The notes under the pieces are model-generated. The model had not been told where the DNA came from and did not search any database. It saw nothing but the letters and a program-made list of their open reading frames with translations. DNA of 64,000 nucleotides, taken from Chrysomallon squamiferum. Its lineage: Eukaryota; Animalia; Mollusca. Positions within the stretch are counted from its first letter, which is position 1. The number at the start of each line of letters is the position of its first letter. Made by a program: the position numbers and the translations under genes. The stretch lies in the NCBI GenBank assembly GCA_012295275.1, contig CM022670.1:372001-436000 (forward strand). The letters are read 5' to 3'. Shown here in pieces: positions 47,015 to 61,525 of the stretch.

Positions 47015-47335
47015 AGAAAATCGTAATATCATAGTACATTAGAGAACAAACTTGTTATTTAATTGAAAATCGTAAAATCGTAGTATATTATAGAGCACAG
47101 TTGTTGTTTAATTGAAAATCGTAATAACGTAGTATAATATAGAGCAAAAGTGTTGTTTAATTGAAAATCGTAATATCGTTGTAATGTATGTAATGGTAAG
47201 AATTATTACCAGTTATTAAAATCGTAACCTTGTGGTAATTTGTGTAGTAATATAGATGACGTGGAGCTCAAAATCGTAATTTTGTAATAATTTAACTAGT
47301 AATAATCATTACGCATTACTGTAAATCGTAATGTT
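47015..47335. repeat. Degenerate 49-54-bp tandem repeat with conserved AAATCGTAA core (7 cores)
   Basis: TCG of the core falls at 47021, 47070, 47119, 47168, 47222, 47274 and 47326. The first three units share tagta..tagag..tgtt.tttaattg. Confidence 0.8.
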
Positions 47336-47826
47336 GTAATAATAATTATTAGAAGAAAAGAAAACACATCGCTGCTATTACCACTATTACTACTATTACT
47401 ACTAACAATACTACTACTTCTTTATTACTACGATTACTACTAATATACAATTACTATACTACTATACTACTGCTATCACTGCTACTTTCTATAACTATAT
47501 CTAACATCAACAATTACTGCTGCTATTATAACTAGCACTAAAACAACAACAACAAACTAGATTAATAACAAAAATCAGTAATACTTAATAACAATTAAAA
47601 AAACAAAAACAAACCCAAAACTACCAGAAAACTATAAATCTGACGAACCATTTAACTAATAAAATATTGTGATAATTGTGTTTCCTCAAAACTATAGTTA
47701 TATTGGTTGTATTTGAAACAAGAACGAGATGTCAGCATCTGCGTACAGCGGTAATTTGAAACACACAGAAAACCAGAAATCTCAGTAACACGTGTGACGA
47801 GTCTTAGCATGGGTAATATTACTGCA

Positions 47827-47828
47827 GT

Positions 47829-47924
<96 letters not shown>

Positions 47925-47976
47925 GTGTGTGTGTGTGTGTGTGTATGTGTGTGTGTGTGTGTGTGTATGTGTGTGT

Positions 47977-48021
<45 letters not shown>

Positions 48022-48618
48022 TGTGTATGTGTATGTGTGTGTATGTGTGTGTGTGTATGTGTGTGTATGTGTATGTGTGTGTATGTATGTGTGTGTGTGT
48101 GTGTGTGTATGTGTGTGTATGTGTATGTGTGTGTATGTGTATGTATGTGTATGCGTGTGTGTATGTGTGTGTGTATGCGTGTGTGTATGTGTGTGTGTAT
48201 GTGTGTGTGTATGTGTGTGTGAATGTGTGTATGCGTGTGTATGTATGTCTATGTATGTGTGTGTATATATGTGTGTGTGTGTGTATGTGTGTGTGGTTTG
48301 TCTGTCTTTACGTACCACAGGTATGTATATATGCGTATATCTGTCTGCTTGCTTGTGCGTATATATATATATAGGCATGTTTGTATGCATGTGTGTATAT
48401 TTGTATTTATATGTGTATGTTTTTATATATGTTTGTACGTATGTATGTATGTATGCATGTATGTATGTCTATTGTATGTTTGTATATATATATGCTTGTA
48501 GATATATATGTATATATGGATGTAGGTATGTATGTATATATGCATCTGTATGTTTGAATTCATGTATATATGTATGTCTGTGAGTTTGTATTTAAGTATG
48601 TACATAAGTGTGTGTGTG
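47827..48618. repeat. Compound (GT)n/(GTAT)n microsatellite
   Basis: Directly visible; generates the CV/HT-repeat ORFs. Confidence 0.95.
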
Positions 48619-49037
48619 TCAATTAATTTAACATATTTAAATTCCTCTAATGGACGTAAAACTCTTTTTCTAAAATTTCACTTATATACTGAATAACTGA
48701 TGTCAGTAACGAAGCTGAAGAGAAAGTCATCTGACATCGTTAAAAAAGTAAACGCATAAAAAAAATGTACACAGGTAAATTATTTGCCGTAGGTGCAGAC
48801 AACCCGACTATTACATGTTATTGTAATGAAAAATGAAAATCAGACTTTATTCCTTGATTAGTTTCGATCGATGTTTTGAGGGCACCAAAATTTAAAAGAT
48901 GTAATTAGGCTTCGAGCGCAATGATTATAACTGGTGGTGTTTTAAGTACTAATTAAATGACGTGATTTTTGTTTTGTCATCGGAAAGTAAACTGGGTGGA
49001 ATGTATCCCTTGTAATACATAACTGTAAGAATACAGC

Positions 49038-49123
<86 letters not shown>

Positions 49124-50260
49124 AGAACTGAGAGAGAGACAACAGATAAATAATAAGCAAACCTATATAGAGCGCGTTGAATAGAAAAAGTATCGACTCA
49201 TAGAAGGAGAGAAAGAAAGAGACACTGAAAATGAAATAAACTGGACGGAGACACGAAAACTGATACAGTACATTTGATCAATATGCATTAATAAATTTCA
49301 TAGCCAAACAAATTACATTTGTAATGCCCAGCTTTATAAATCACCATACGTAAGAAACGCATTAACTCTAGAAAGGAAATACATGTAAATGTAAGCAGAA
49401 AATTACGAAGAAAAAAGCATTTTTCCATTATTCTCATTGCACAAGACTTAGCGATTTCTTGACCACTGTTGCTCGGCACCGTTACTGATAGACTGGTCGC
49501 TGGCCGATTTCTAAAGCTTCAAATTCTAGCAGTGCGGTGCGGCACGTTTGTTAGCGTGTACAGTTTAAATCAGATTGCAAGCCAGCCAATACTGGCGGGG
49601 TGATTGCTTCGTAAGAAGGAATTAAAAGCCAGATACATATTCCTCCAGGAGTAATACTGGACACGGAACTACGCATTGCCAATGGCAACAACAGATTAGT
49701 TAACAAGAGTTTTATGTAACACTAACAAGAAAACGGCTTCGTGGTCAACAGGAATTTCCACGCAGATGAAGCATACAGACATCTCACCGTACTCGACACA
49801 CGAGAATTAATCAGTCCACCGTTTAGAAACATGCTTACGTCGACGAAAAGTTCGAGCACGCCTGGCGTGAACATGATGTACAAATATCCAGGAAGACGTA
49901 TCGGTGACAAAGAACTCAAGAAATATTTATCTGGTTTGAAAATTCGCTGATTGTACCGGGGCAGTGATACATTTATTGTTGGAGTGTACTCTGGTGAGAA
50001 CTGGGATCGTGTCTCGGCACCAGTAGAAGGCTAATATTTCTATTCTGAATAACAAAGAAGCATACAAGCACAACAGCAGCTAAGGTTATTTGAGTTTTAT
50101 ATATAATGATTTGAGCAAATACCTCGACCAGAGGAATATAGTGTTTGTACAGAGGATGGAAAAAAAACTCATCAAAAGATTAAAATAAGTAAACATTAAA
50201 ATTATGGTTACATATATACATATATACATACATACATACATATATACATACATACATATA

Positions 50261-50296
<36 letters not shown>

Positions 50297-50745
50297 TACA
50301 TACATGTACACACACGCATACGTAAATTCAACACACTCATTCAACGTATATATTCGTACATACATACGTAACTCAATTTATCGTTATATGTCTGTGTATG
50401 TGTGAGTGAGCATACAGATGTACAATCACATACAAGTTATGTATAATACTTCAATGAAAAATTCAATTTGTTTTGATTAAAAACAAAAATGCACCAATAA
50501 ATTAATTTTAAAGACAGATGTGATTTAAAGTTAAACATAGATGAGTTTTGAAATAACATAAATCTATTATAAAACTCTTTTATTAAAGGAGTTTAATGTT
50601 TTTCAAATTATTGGTGTTGCGACAGCCGTAGCAGTGTGACATGTGTTTGTTCAGCTTATCGATATACTCTTATTGAGTAGTAAGACACGTCATCGTCCAG
50701 GTGTTTCTTTTGTGTTTGCTCTTCTGAGTGGAATCTCGTTATCTG

Positions 50746-52386
50746 GTTAAATACGCTGTGTTTGATGTTGAAAGGTGATAGTTAAATACACTGTGTTTAG
50801 TGTTGAAAGGTGATAGTTAAATACGCTGTGTTTAGTGTTGAAAGGTGATAGTTAAATACACTGTGTTTAGTGTTGAAAAGCGATAGTTAAATACACTGTG
50901 TTTAGTGTTGAAGGTGGTAGTTAAATACGCTGTGTTTAGTTTTGAAACGTGACAGTTAAATACACTGTGTTTAGTGTTGAAAAGCGATAGTTAAATACAC
51001 TGTGTTTAGTGTTGAAGGTGGTAGTTAAATACGCTGTGTTTAGTGTTGAAGGTGGTAGTTAAATACGCTGTGTTTAGTGTTCAAACGTGACAGTTAAATA
51101 CGCTGTGTTTAGTGTTGAAAAGCGATAGTTAAATACACTGTGTTTAGTGTTGAAGGTGGTAGTTAAATACGCTGTGTTTAGTGTTGAAGGTGATAGTTAA
51201 ATACGGTGTGTTTAGTGTTTAAGGTGATAGTTAAATACGCTGTGTTTAGTGTTGAAGGTGATATTTAAATACGCTGTGTTTGGTGTTGAAAGGTAATAGT
51301 TAAATACGCTCTGTTTGGTGTTGAAAGGTAATAGTTAAATACGCTGTGTTTGGTGTTGAAACGTGACAGTTAAATACGCTGTGTTTAGTGTTGAAAGGTG
51401 ATAGTTAAATACGCTGTGTTTGGTGTTTAAAGGTAATAGTTAAATACGCTGTGTTTGGTGTTGAAAGGTAATAGTTAAATACGCTGTGTTTGGTGTTGAA
51501 ACGTGACAGTTAAATACGCTGTGTTTGGTGTTGAAAGGTGACAGTTAAATACGCTGTGTTTAGTGTTTAAACGTGAGGGTTAAATACGCTGTGTTTGGTG
51601 TTGAAACGTGTTAGTTAAATACGTTGTGTTTAGTGTTGAAGGTGATAGTTAAGTAAGTTGTATTTGGTGTTGAAAAGTGATAGTTAAATACGCTGTGTTT
51701 GATGTTGAAAGATGATAGTTAAATACGCTGTGTTTGATGTTGAAAGATGATAGTTAAATACGCTGTGTTTAGTGTTTAAACGTGATAGTTAAATACACTG
51801 TGTTTAGTGTTGAAAAGTGATAGTTAAATACGCTGTGTTTGATGTTGAAAGATGATAGTTAAATACGCTGTGTTTAGTGTTTAAACGGTGAGGGTTAAAT
51901 ACGCTGTGTTTGATGTTGAAAGATGACAGTTAAATACGCTGTGTTTAGTGTTGAAACGTGACAGTTAAATACGCTGTGTTTAGTGTTTAAACGTGACAGT
52001 TAAATACGCTGTGTTTGATGTTGAAACGTGACAGTTAAATACGCTGTGTTTAGTGTTTAAACGTGACAGTTAAATACGCTGTGTTTGATGTTGAAACGTG
52101 AGGGTTAAATACGCTGTGTTTGATGTTGAAAGATGATAGTTAAATACGCTGTGTTTAGTGTTGAAACGTGACAGTTAAATACGCTGTGTTTGATGTTGAA
52201 AGATGACAGTTAAATACGCTGTGTTTAGTGTTGAAACGTGACAGTTAAATACGCTGTGTTTGATGTTGAAAGACGACAGTTAAATACGCTGTGTTTAGTG
52301 TTTAAACGTGAGGGTTAAATACGATGTGTTTAGTGTTGAAACGTGACAGTTAAATACGATGTGTTTAGTGTTTAAAGGTGAGGGTT
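50746..52386. repeat. Minisatellite, ~47 copies of a 34-35-bp unit, consensus GTTAAATACGCTGTGTTTAGTGTTGAAA(G/C)GTGA(T/C)A
   Basis: Head-to-tail copies are directly visible (unit starts e.g. 50746, 50781, 50816); there are no unique spacers. Confidence 0.97.
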
Positions 52387-52739
52387 ATGTTATTATCACT
52401 TCAGCCACTCTGGTGAATCAACTGTCATTAATTCACATTAATTCACAGATAATATATACAAGGTCACTGTTGTAAACGCTTGCATGCGCTAACGTGCACA
52501 CGTGTGTGTTTCGGTCTGTGTGCTTGTGGTAATGTGTCTCGATGCGAACTGAGTGTATTGATTGTGTTGTAGATACAAACATACTGGTTTACACACACTC
52601 AAACAGTCGCAAGTACGCGTGTGCGCGAGCAGAAACAACAAAGCGTAAAAGTAAGAAAGCGGAACACATAAATAAATAACAGTTATAAGCTCATACAACA
52701 AACCAGACGCTCTCTTACCACTTTTTCACAACCTATTGC

Positions 52740-52775
<36 letters not shown>

Positions 52776-53423
52776 TAATAAAAAAAAAGAAAGAAAAGTA
52801 AAAGCCTCCAAACCAAGCCCCCCATAAGAAAATATCTCAGTGTAGGACAGCAACAACAGTAATAACAGCAAGGAAAGAAAGATGGCAACCCTATCAGAAA
52901 TGTGAAGATAAATATGTAGAAAGCAAATATACAAACAAGGAAATAAACAAAACAAAAGTAATAAATAATAAAACTTGACGGAACAAATACAAAGAAAACT
53001 ACAGTGTATACTAAATCCATATCATGTAATCGAAACAATGATTTCAGGGCAAATCTTCTTTTCTTGTTTTAAGTTTTTTATGTCGAAGAGAAAAAACTAA
53101 AAGAAATATAAGAAAATGAATATTATGAAGAAAAACGAGAAGATGAAAAAACGGACAATCGGATTATGATACAGAAGAAAAACGTCTGTGAACATGAGAA
53201 CAAAAAAAAACAAAAAAAAAAAAAAAAAGTAAAGAAGGAAAAATTAGTAATTAAAATTACGATGAAGGGGAAAAAGAAGAAAAAGAAAGTAGATGCGGCA
53301 AAGAAATTAAAAAAAAAATAATAATGCATGGCGAATTATAAACTGATTAGAAAAAAAAAAAAAAACAACAACAACAACAACAAGGAAAGAAACCAAAATA
53401 TTGTTAATGGAAAAAGACGATAA

Positions 53424-53475
<52 letters not shown>

Positions 53476-53842
53476 AAAAAATTGCAATAAAGAAGAAGAA
53501 AAAGAAAATGATGATGAAAAGGATTAAAAAAAAAAGGCAGATGAAATGAAGAAAATTCAAAAAGAAGATGAACAAAATAATAAAAAATAAAACGACCGCG
53601 GACACATTTATAAAATACATTTCCATTCGACTGCCTGTCTTTCTGTGTTCTTTGTCTGGGTAATTACTGAATGCATCATAAATCAAAACTGTAATTAGTC
53701 ATCTAGATGTCATCGGTAAACCATAAATCAATAAATTTTCTTTAAGGAGAAAAAAAAAAAAAAGGAGAAAAAAAAAAAAACGGAATAAAAAAGAAAACTT
53801 AAAGAAAGAGGGTTAAAAAAGAAGAAAAAAGAGGTAGGAATG

Positions 53843-53904
<62 letters not shown>

Positions 53905-56900
53905 AAGAAATAAGAAAAGCGAATAAGAGAAAAAGGAAGCCAAATTACATACATTCGGGTATTGGTAATATTCTGGTAATGATGCGGAAATTATCTCTAG
54001 CATCCAGAGTAACTAAGGTTTCTAGCAAATGAATTTAGATAAAACTACAACGTAATGAATTAAAGAAAATGAATTTGACTTTTTCATGCATTTTTCATGT
54101 AATTCCAGCTTAAAAATGTCCGCCTTACTTCCTGTCCTTCTGCATCTTTGATCTTCAAGTTTCCCTCTTTGAATTACTAAAGGTGCAACGGATCAATATT
54201 TCGTGATTAGTGTTATGAAACGTCACGTGATTTAGGAAACGTCTGATGTTGCTGCAGCCCGTATTATGACTTTAACAAACAAAAACAAAAAATAAAAAAA
54301 ATAATAATAATAATAAAAAATAAAAAATAAAATATAAAAAAAAAAAAAAAAGAAGAAGAAGAAGAAAGAAAGAAAAAAATGTTTTGTTTAGTTTGTGTTG
54401 CGTGTTTATTTATAATAATCGTCATTATTAATAACACAATGATAAACTTCATTAGAGAGCAAGAGAAAAATCTGTATTAAGGTACAAAGAGAAAACCATT
54501 TTCTAATTCACAAATATATGTAATATCTGGCAGTACCATTATTTTTTTTCTGCTAGAAATCGACATTAAAGTTTATATTTTACACATAATAGATCGTGAA
54601 TATAAACAAAGGAATACAAAACATAGAGAAAATATGGATACTTTGATATAGCTTTCATGTTACTGAAAAACATGTTTTATGTAAGCATTGGTAAATATAG
54701 GCAAACTCGACAAAATGTGGTGTTATTTGCTAAATACACAAATGTATGTATGTACCTATGTATGTATGTATGTATGTATGTATGTATGTATGTATGTATG
54801 TATGTATCTATGTTTGTATGTATGCATATACATTTTCATGCCTGCTGTGTGTATGCGTGTGCGCGCTCTGTTTGTTTTTGTAAGCATGCAATCATTGGGT
54901 ATATTTTAGATTTGTCAGTGATAAAAGTTCTTCACGTATCATTTACTGCAGTGTTGCGTACGTAACAGCAACACCTGTGACAGGCTTTTGTGACGAAACT
55001 GCCCAGAGTGAACATGTGCTGACAAAACACCATCTCTTTATTATATGTACGTGTAATCTGATATGAATAACAGTGCACGTGTGAACGTATGTCTGTGTGT
55101 GTGTATGTGTGTGTGTGTTTGTATGAATATACATATCGCTGACAGATCTGTATTTATATATTTATGAGTGTTCAAAATCACTTCATAAAATAAATAAATG
55201 AATTAAATATACAAACACCTAAATATTGCTGAACTCTATTTTTACATGTATATACATACATACATACATTAGCAATGTTACATTTACGCACTTTCCGCTG
55301 TCTCGGCTTTTCCGACGATCACTGTTAACCTCGTTCTCGAGTAGCAGAGCACGGGGGAGGACCCGCAGAAACTGGCCTCCTGACAGCTTATAAACAGATT
55401 TCTGAGAATAAACCTTTTTTGGTGATGTTCTGCACACATTTCTACGCATCCTCGCTTTCCAAAAATTTAATTTCTATTAAGCATAAGCATTTCCAATATT
55501 CTTACGAAAAAAAAGTTTAAAATTTGTCTTACAAAACCATCCAAGTAGGCTTAGCTGGTGAGCTATGTTCTTTCAGTAGAGTGTTTATTTAACTTTATTT
55601 CTGCCAAATTTTATGGAAATCTATATTTGCGAACATGGTTTGTTCGATTGCGATGTTGAACGCAACTCTTTGTTATGATAATGGACGTCGCTATTTGAGG
55701 AAATTAGGTCGCGTCAACCAAATGCTGCCTTCTGATTGGTCGAGAGCGTTTGTTTACCTTATAAACTTCATGAATGCTTTTGTTCATACCCTAATTCTGT
55801 TTTCAGCGATTTTTCAGTTTTTGTTGATGTTTCCTTTGGTTTCAACTAAATAAAAAGATTTTTACACTTGTCTTTTATACGTTTTTAAGGAGATGTAGGC
55901 AATTTTTTTTTTTTTTTTTTTTTACTCTGGATCTCAGTATTTGGCCAGTTGACATAAAACAATAGGAAAATACTGGTACATTTTCTAACGTCTGAAATTG
56001 CCATAACTCCTTCTATTTTCAAGATATTTAAAAAGTTTTGGTCTCTTTTTGTTTCTTTCTTAAGGCACTATCCAACGAAACAGACATTTTGTAACATACA
56101 GACATACACACATACATAAAGAGTTGAATATAGAGTTGACCATGATAATGATAACGATAATTTTATGGCGGCGATTTCAAAATAATAAAGAAAAGAAAGA
56201 ACAAAAATAAAATAAAATAAAGCTATTATGAAATCCTAGTGTATTAATTATATTCCGAAACAATCTTATTTAATGTCTTTAATTTTTATTCTTATTCTTA
56301 TTCAGTCGATTTCAACAAATTCTCGATTGGATATTTTTATTAAGCTAAGACGATAAAAGAGTATGAGTGAAATGGCCAAAATTCAATTATCGCTTCGTGG
56401 CTTCACCAAATATTGTTTTTATTATCTGTGAAAACTGCAAAATAATGACCCAAGCGAAGCAAGCGTATCCCAGAGGCAAGCGGGAGATTTCAAGTGTTCT
56501 GATTGGTTCACGTGACCACAATACTGATTGTAGGTCATACCGTTTGCTCTTTCATTCCGTTTTACGACCAAGTGTGTTAACAAACGCAAAAATCAGACGT
56601 AAAAAAAAAGAAGAGATTTCAATAAGTTTAATGATTGTAATCTAATTCTGTTTAAATTACAGAAACCAAGTGAGGCGAAGAGTTGTGTCATTTTATTTAT
56701 GAAGAAAACAAACAAACAAAATTGTTTTTGTATTTGTTTGTTGTTGTTTAATTTGGATATATTATAACTATTAACGCTTAGTGATCTAATTCCCGTTCTG
56801 GTTAAATAGTTGTTAGGATATAGAATCATAAAGTAGGAAAATATCAATGACTCTTTTATACTGATCTTCCTTTTACAGTATTTCAAATATTTTTCATCCA

Positions 56901-57123
56901 GGCTGTACTTTGGTTTTAGCCAAATGTTATTGAATGATAATAAACTTCAGAGTAATGCCCATGCTTTTTTTTTTATTTGCTTTTTCAATTTGGTTTTTAT
57001 GGTGCTGTTTTCTCGTGTGTTTCTACAATGTAGAAATGAATTTTGTTCAACAATTTCGATGATTAAACTAGAATATTTGTTTTTGAGCTACCATTAAAAC
57101 GATAAAAAAAAAAAAAAAAATTA

Positions 57124-57156
<33 letters not shown>

Positions 57157-60100
57157 CACAAAAAAACATACAGTATTATATTATATATTTGAAAAGTGAC
57201 ATTCTTTTTAAAAGATAAATTTATTCTCGTTATAAACGAGACTGAAAAACAGTGCAAATGTAAAAATTAAATTTTAAGCAAAATAAATTCTTAATGAAAT
57301 TACACGAGTGCACAAAAACCTTAGGACGGAAATATTAATAGTAGCAGAGAAGCACCAATCCCGACTGAAACCACCCTTGGACATCATCTCTGTTGTGTAT
57401 CCAGTATTTAAAATATTTACGAAATGTGACTGGCTAATCTAACCTACAGAAGGTTAAAATCTGTGCAAGCTTTGATTGGTTAGGCTAACATACTTTGACC
57501 AATGAATAATGTCTACATCTTCACTGCCAGTGATCAAGAAGTTTTTATATTATGTGATACAGAAGCCAAGTATCTAATCAAAGACCGCAGATTCAAACAA
57601 AAAGGAAATTGTGACAGCCGCAATTTCCTTTACAAATGACGTGTTGACCACGTTGTTTGTCTTGCAGGGACATACAACGTCAGTCTCGCTTCCTGGAATT
57701 GATTTCAACTGACCAGTCGGGTGTTATGAAAAATATTTCATTTCTGTAACTTCAAATAATAAAATATTTATGCCTCAAGAAACGTCTGCTGATTTTTTAA
57801 ACGTCCATTGTGATGGTAAAAGTGATTATACTGATAATGGTAACAGTGGTGATACTGATGATGGTAATAGTAATAATATTGATGATGGTAATAGTGATTA
57901 TATTGATAATGATATTCTGATGATACAATTATCGTGTTTATGATGATAATGATAAGAGGTGATGAAAAGTCATGAAGTAACAAATAATTTAGTTTTTATG
58001 TACACTCTCTGACAGCAGGAGAGCACATACCATCGTATTACGTTAACGATGACGTACATGATAATAATGATTATGGTTAGGCTTACTCTTTTTGATTATT
58101 AGCAAAAAATCATTTATGCAGATGTTATCAAAGCCGGCAAGCACTTTCAATAAAAATCTGAATCACCTTTTTTGGAAGTGTCCTAGTTTTAGCTGGGTAG
58201 AGAATCGACAATGAGGTCTATGACGCTTCAGACTTGGGAACCATTTCTCAAACAAACAAAAAAACAAATAAAAAATGTTCTTCATGTCCTTTCGCGCAAC
58301 TCACATCGTATTTTAACCTTTAATGAGAACTGGGCAAAGAAAATATGCAGGGTATAACATAACATACTTATTTCCGGGATGCCTCAAAGGAAATAATTTG
58401 TAGAAATATATCTTTATGTTCTGTCCGTGCCAAGAGCGGCGTGCACGAATCTTTGTTCAGTAAACAAACAATGGTTGGGAAATAAGATTTTTAAATCACC
58501 CAGACTGTGTTTGTGTACCGAGACACATAAACTGATACTGGAATTGTTAATCACGTCACGGACCCATGAATTACGACTGGGAGCTTCTTTCGTCTTGAAG
58601 AGGAAAAACATCAAGAAGAAGAAAAAGACGAGAAAGAAAGCTTTGTTTGAGTGACACATAAATTATACACAGTTAAAATCCTGATCAGTTAGCTCAGCAG
58701 TGGATTTCTAAACTGATTTAATGTTTAGAATGTTAGCGTGAAAAACTGAACTTTTCCTAATTAGCTGTGCAAGAAGTAACCGGACCTGGCACGCGACCCC
58801 TGTTCCCAGTCAGCTTTATGGCGACGATTTAACCATTTCACCACCAGGGGTAATCTTTGTTTCAGTCAGCAGTGTCAGACCAATGGAAGTACGGTGTTCG
58901 ATTTGGGTTTCGCTGGCGCCGTATCGATTGGCGGCAACTTCATCGGCAACAGGTTGTTTGGAAAAAGAAAATCAATTGCATTCAGCAGTGGTAGGTATAA
59001 TGTAGATTCAATGTGACGGAGAACGTAGCTTTACTTTTCACGTTTTCTCCTTGTTTCAAGTAAACACCATTATTTTACTCGGATGCTCGCGAAATTCAGC
59101 TCTTTCCAGCAGGTAAGTGAACAGTAACCTAGCCAGACGTTTAACCAGCTTAATTTTCACAAGTCATTGTGTGTCAAACTAATTACCAGGGCTAGAAAAT
59201 ATTAACGATGTTTGTGTCATATCATTTAACCAGACTGATAAAACTAATTCATATTTTTAACACAGCAACACAATTACGTTGTTAACAATACACAGTTTTG
59301 AAAATGACGTGTCTCTACACATTTGTTATTGTTCTTATGTAGATCTATTTAGATTAAACAGAAAATGATGTTTTGGAAATATATGTTTCATATTTATTAT
59401 ACAGAATACTTTCTTTATATTATTATTATGATTAAAATGCTTAATTTTGCTTGTGCTTCTCTATAAAATATGTAAACAAGAAACAGACAGTATTAATGTT
59501 TTTTATATTTTTAAATTAGTAATGTTGTTTTCTAAAACAAAATATCTGTTGTAAGTTACGTTCAAAAGTACACATTAAACATTAAACATCTACAATTTGA
59601 TCTTTTCCTGTTAGATACACAAAACTTTATTATTTTTTTTTTAACGTGAAGAAGAGATATAGATAATGATCTTTTCTAATAACATTTTAAATTTTTTATT
59701 TACATTTTTTTCTAAACTTATGAGAATAGCTATACGATTTTGATTTGAACATTTTTCGGTAAACATTTTCATTTTACTTTGAAATTGAAGATTATTTTGG
59801 GAACATACAAACCTTCTTAATATATTGTTGAATTATTGCTACACTGTCTGTACATACATACATATATACACACACACACATATATGTACACAGACAAACT
59901 CATATACTTACATACAAAGACAGATACACACACACATACTTACACACACATACGTATTCATATTTAAGAATGTTTTTCCCTGTCGATAATGCGTTAAATC
60001 AATATCTTGTTGCACTGTGTTGATGGGCGTGGTTACGTTTATTAAAATGTAAAACTGTCACTGTGGATTGGACCAAACGTAGCAACTGTCATATTTAACT

Positions 60101-61429
60101 GGAATTACGTGAATGTTTTCAACTTAAACAACGAATTAAAACAACAGCAGCAGCAACAACACCACCAATCATCACTGTCATACTGGAGACATTTAGAATT
60201 AAAAAAAAACAAAACAACAAAACCCATTCGATTAATTTATAATAATAGTTCATAAACAGTATTCACCGTTAAAAAGATATAAAATTTATAAACAGATTTC
60301 TGAACTTCACTATTAAAATTTGATAAGCAGCTTATTGAACTTCGCTGTTAAAAGATACTACTTGGTAAACAACGCAATGAACTTTACTTGTTAAAAAGTT
60401 ATAATACATGATAAATGTCACACTGAATGTCACTGTTAATGTATAGTAATACAAACCAAATAGACACATCTTGAATTTCATTATTAATACGTAATAATAT
60501 ATGTGATAAATCTCTTTATTGAACATAACTACCAAACTGTAACCATGCTTGATAAATTGCTCTGTCGATGTTTCCAACATCGATGGTTAAAAGATTAGTA
60601 TTAGTTCATCGACGTTGTATTTTTTCTTTGTTTTTAAATAAATATTTCACATTGTCGTTGCGTTCTTTGGATCGGTGATCGCCATTTTGTTTCTGACTTG
60701 TCTATAACATCTCAAACATTCTGAGGAGACACAAATGAAATATTTACTGTCGACAGTTTTCTTTGCCGTGCTTCAAACTCCTCGTTTGAAATTTGTTCGA
60801 CGTTTCCAATCAAATTTGATATTTGTTTCTAGTGACCCGATGTTTGCGCGCGCCATCATGTTGAGCGAATTCGATTGACTGTAATGAGTACACGGAACCA
60901 CAATGTTATGTTTGCGGCTTTTTCTTCTTCTACTAATTCTTCTTCTTCTTCTTTTTTTTTTTTTTTTTTTTTTTTTTTTGTACCAATAGATGTAGAAAGA
61001 AGATGTAAAAAGCTTGGAGAATTGTGCAAGGGGTAAATACAGAATTCGATAAAAAGAGGCTTTTCTTATGACTTGCTTTATGCTTATTTGACTTAATAGG
61101 GGAAAAAAAATCCTTCTTGAAACTTTATAGACTTAAGGGTAAATTATACTAATTTAAATTTTTTCATCAATATTATTGTTATTATTTTATAAATTGCCAG
61201 TTATTACCGTTCCTGCTTCAAGTTGTTGTAGCGTGTTACTTGGACTTTTTTTTTTTATGAAGTTCAGTTTTTGGAGCAGTCGCACGATTTTGTACATGTC
61301 TGGTGCAGAGTTTACAACATTTGCATTCTTAATATTGCTGTGTTTTTTATTTACATAATAAGTTCTTATTTTCTTTCAGACATTCATAAATGCACAGTTC
61401 TCTTTAAAATGCATGTAAAAAATATAAAC

Positions 61430-61525
<96 letters not shown>

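Noticed and set aside
45756-48605. Long ORFs rich in I/N/L, CV or HT repeats
   Set aside because: Translations of (ATT)n and (GT)n microsatellites, open in several frames on both strands. The same applies to ORFs at 20.8-22.8, 44.2, 50.1, 53-55 and 63.4-63.9 kb.
49741-49950. 69-aa complex-looking ORF
   Set aside because: GTG start, no recognisable domain and no convincing flanking splice sites; more likely regulatory or repeat-derived.
50746-52386. CRISPR-like array (35-bp periodicity)
   Set aside because: Units are head-to-tail with no unique spacers, there are no cas genes, and the context is eukaryotic; it is a minisatellite.
58780-59016. Open frame containing NRLFGKR (neuropeptide amidation/cleavage-like)
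   Set aside because: Single occurrence, no upstream ATG or signal peptide in frame, no repeated peptide copies.
55388-60303. 18-bp match TTATAAACAGATTTCTGA at ~55388 and ~60286
   Set aside because: An AT-rich match of this length is plausible by chance in 64 kb and the flanks do not align.
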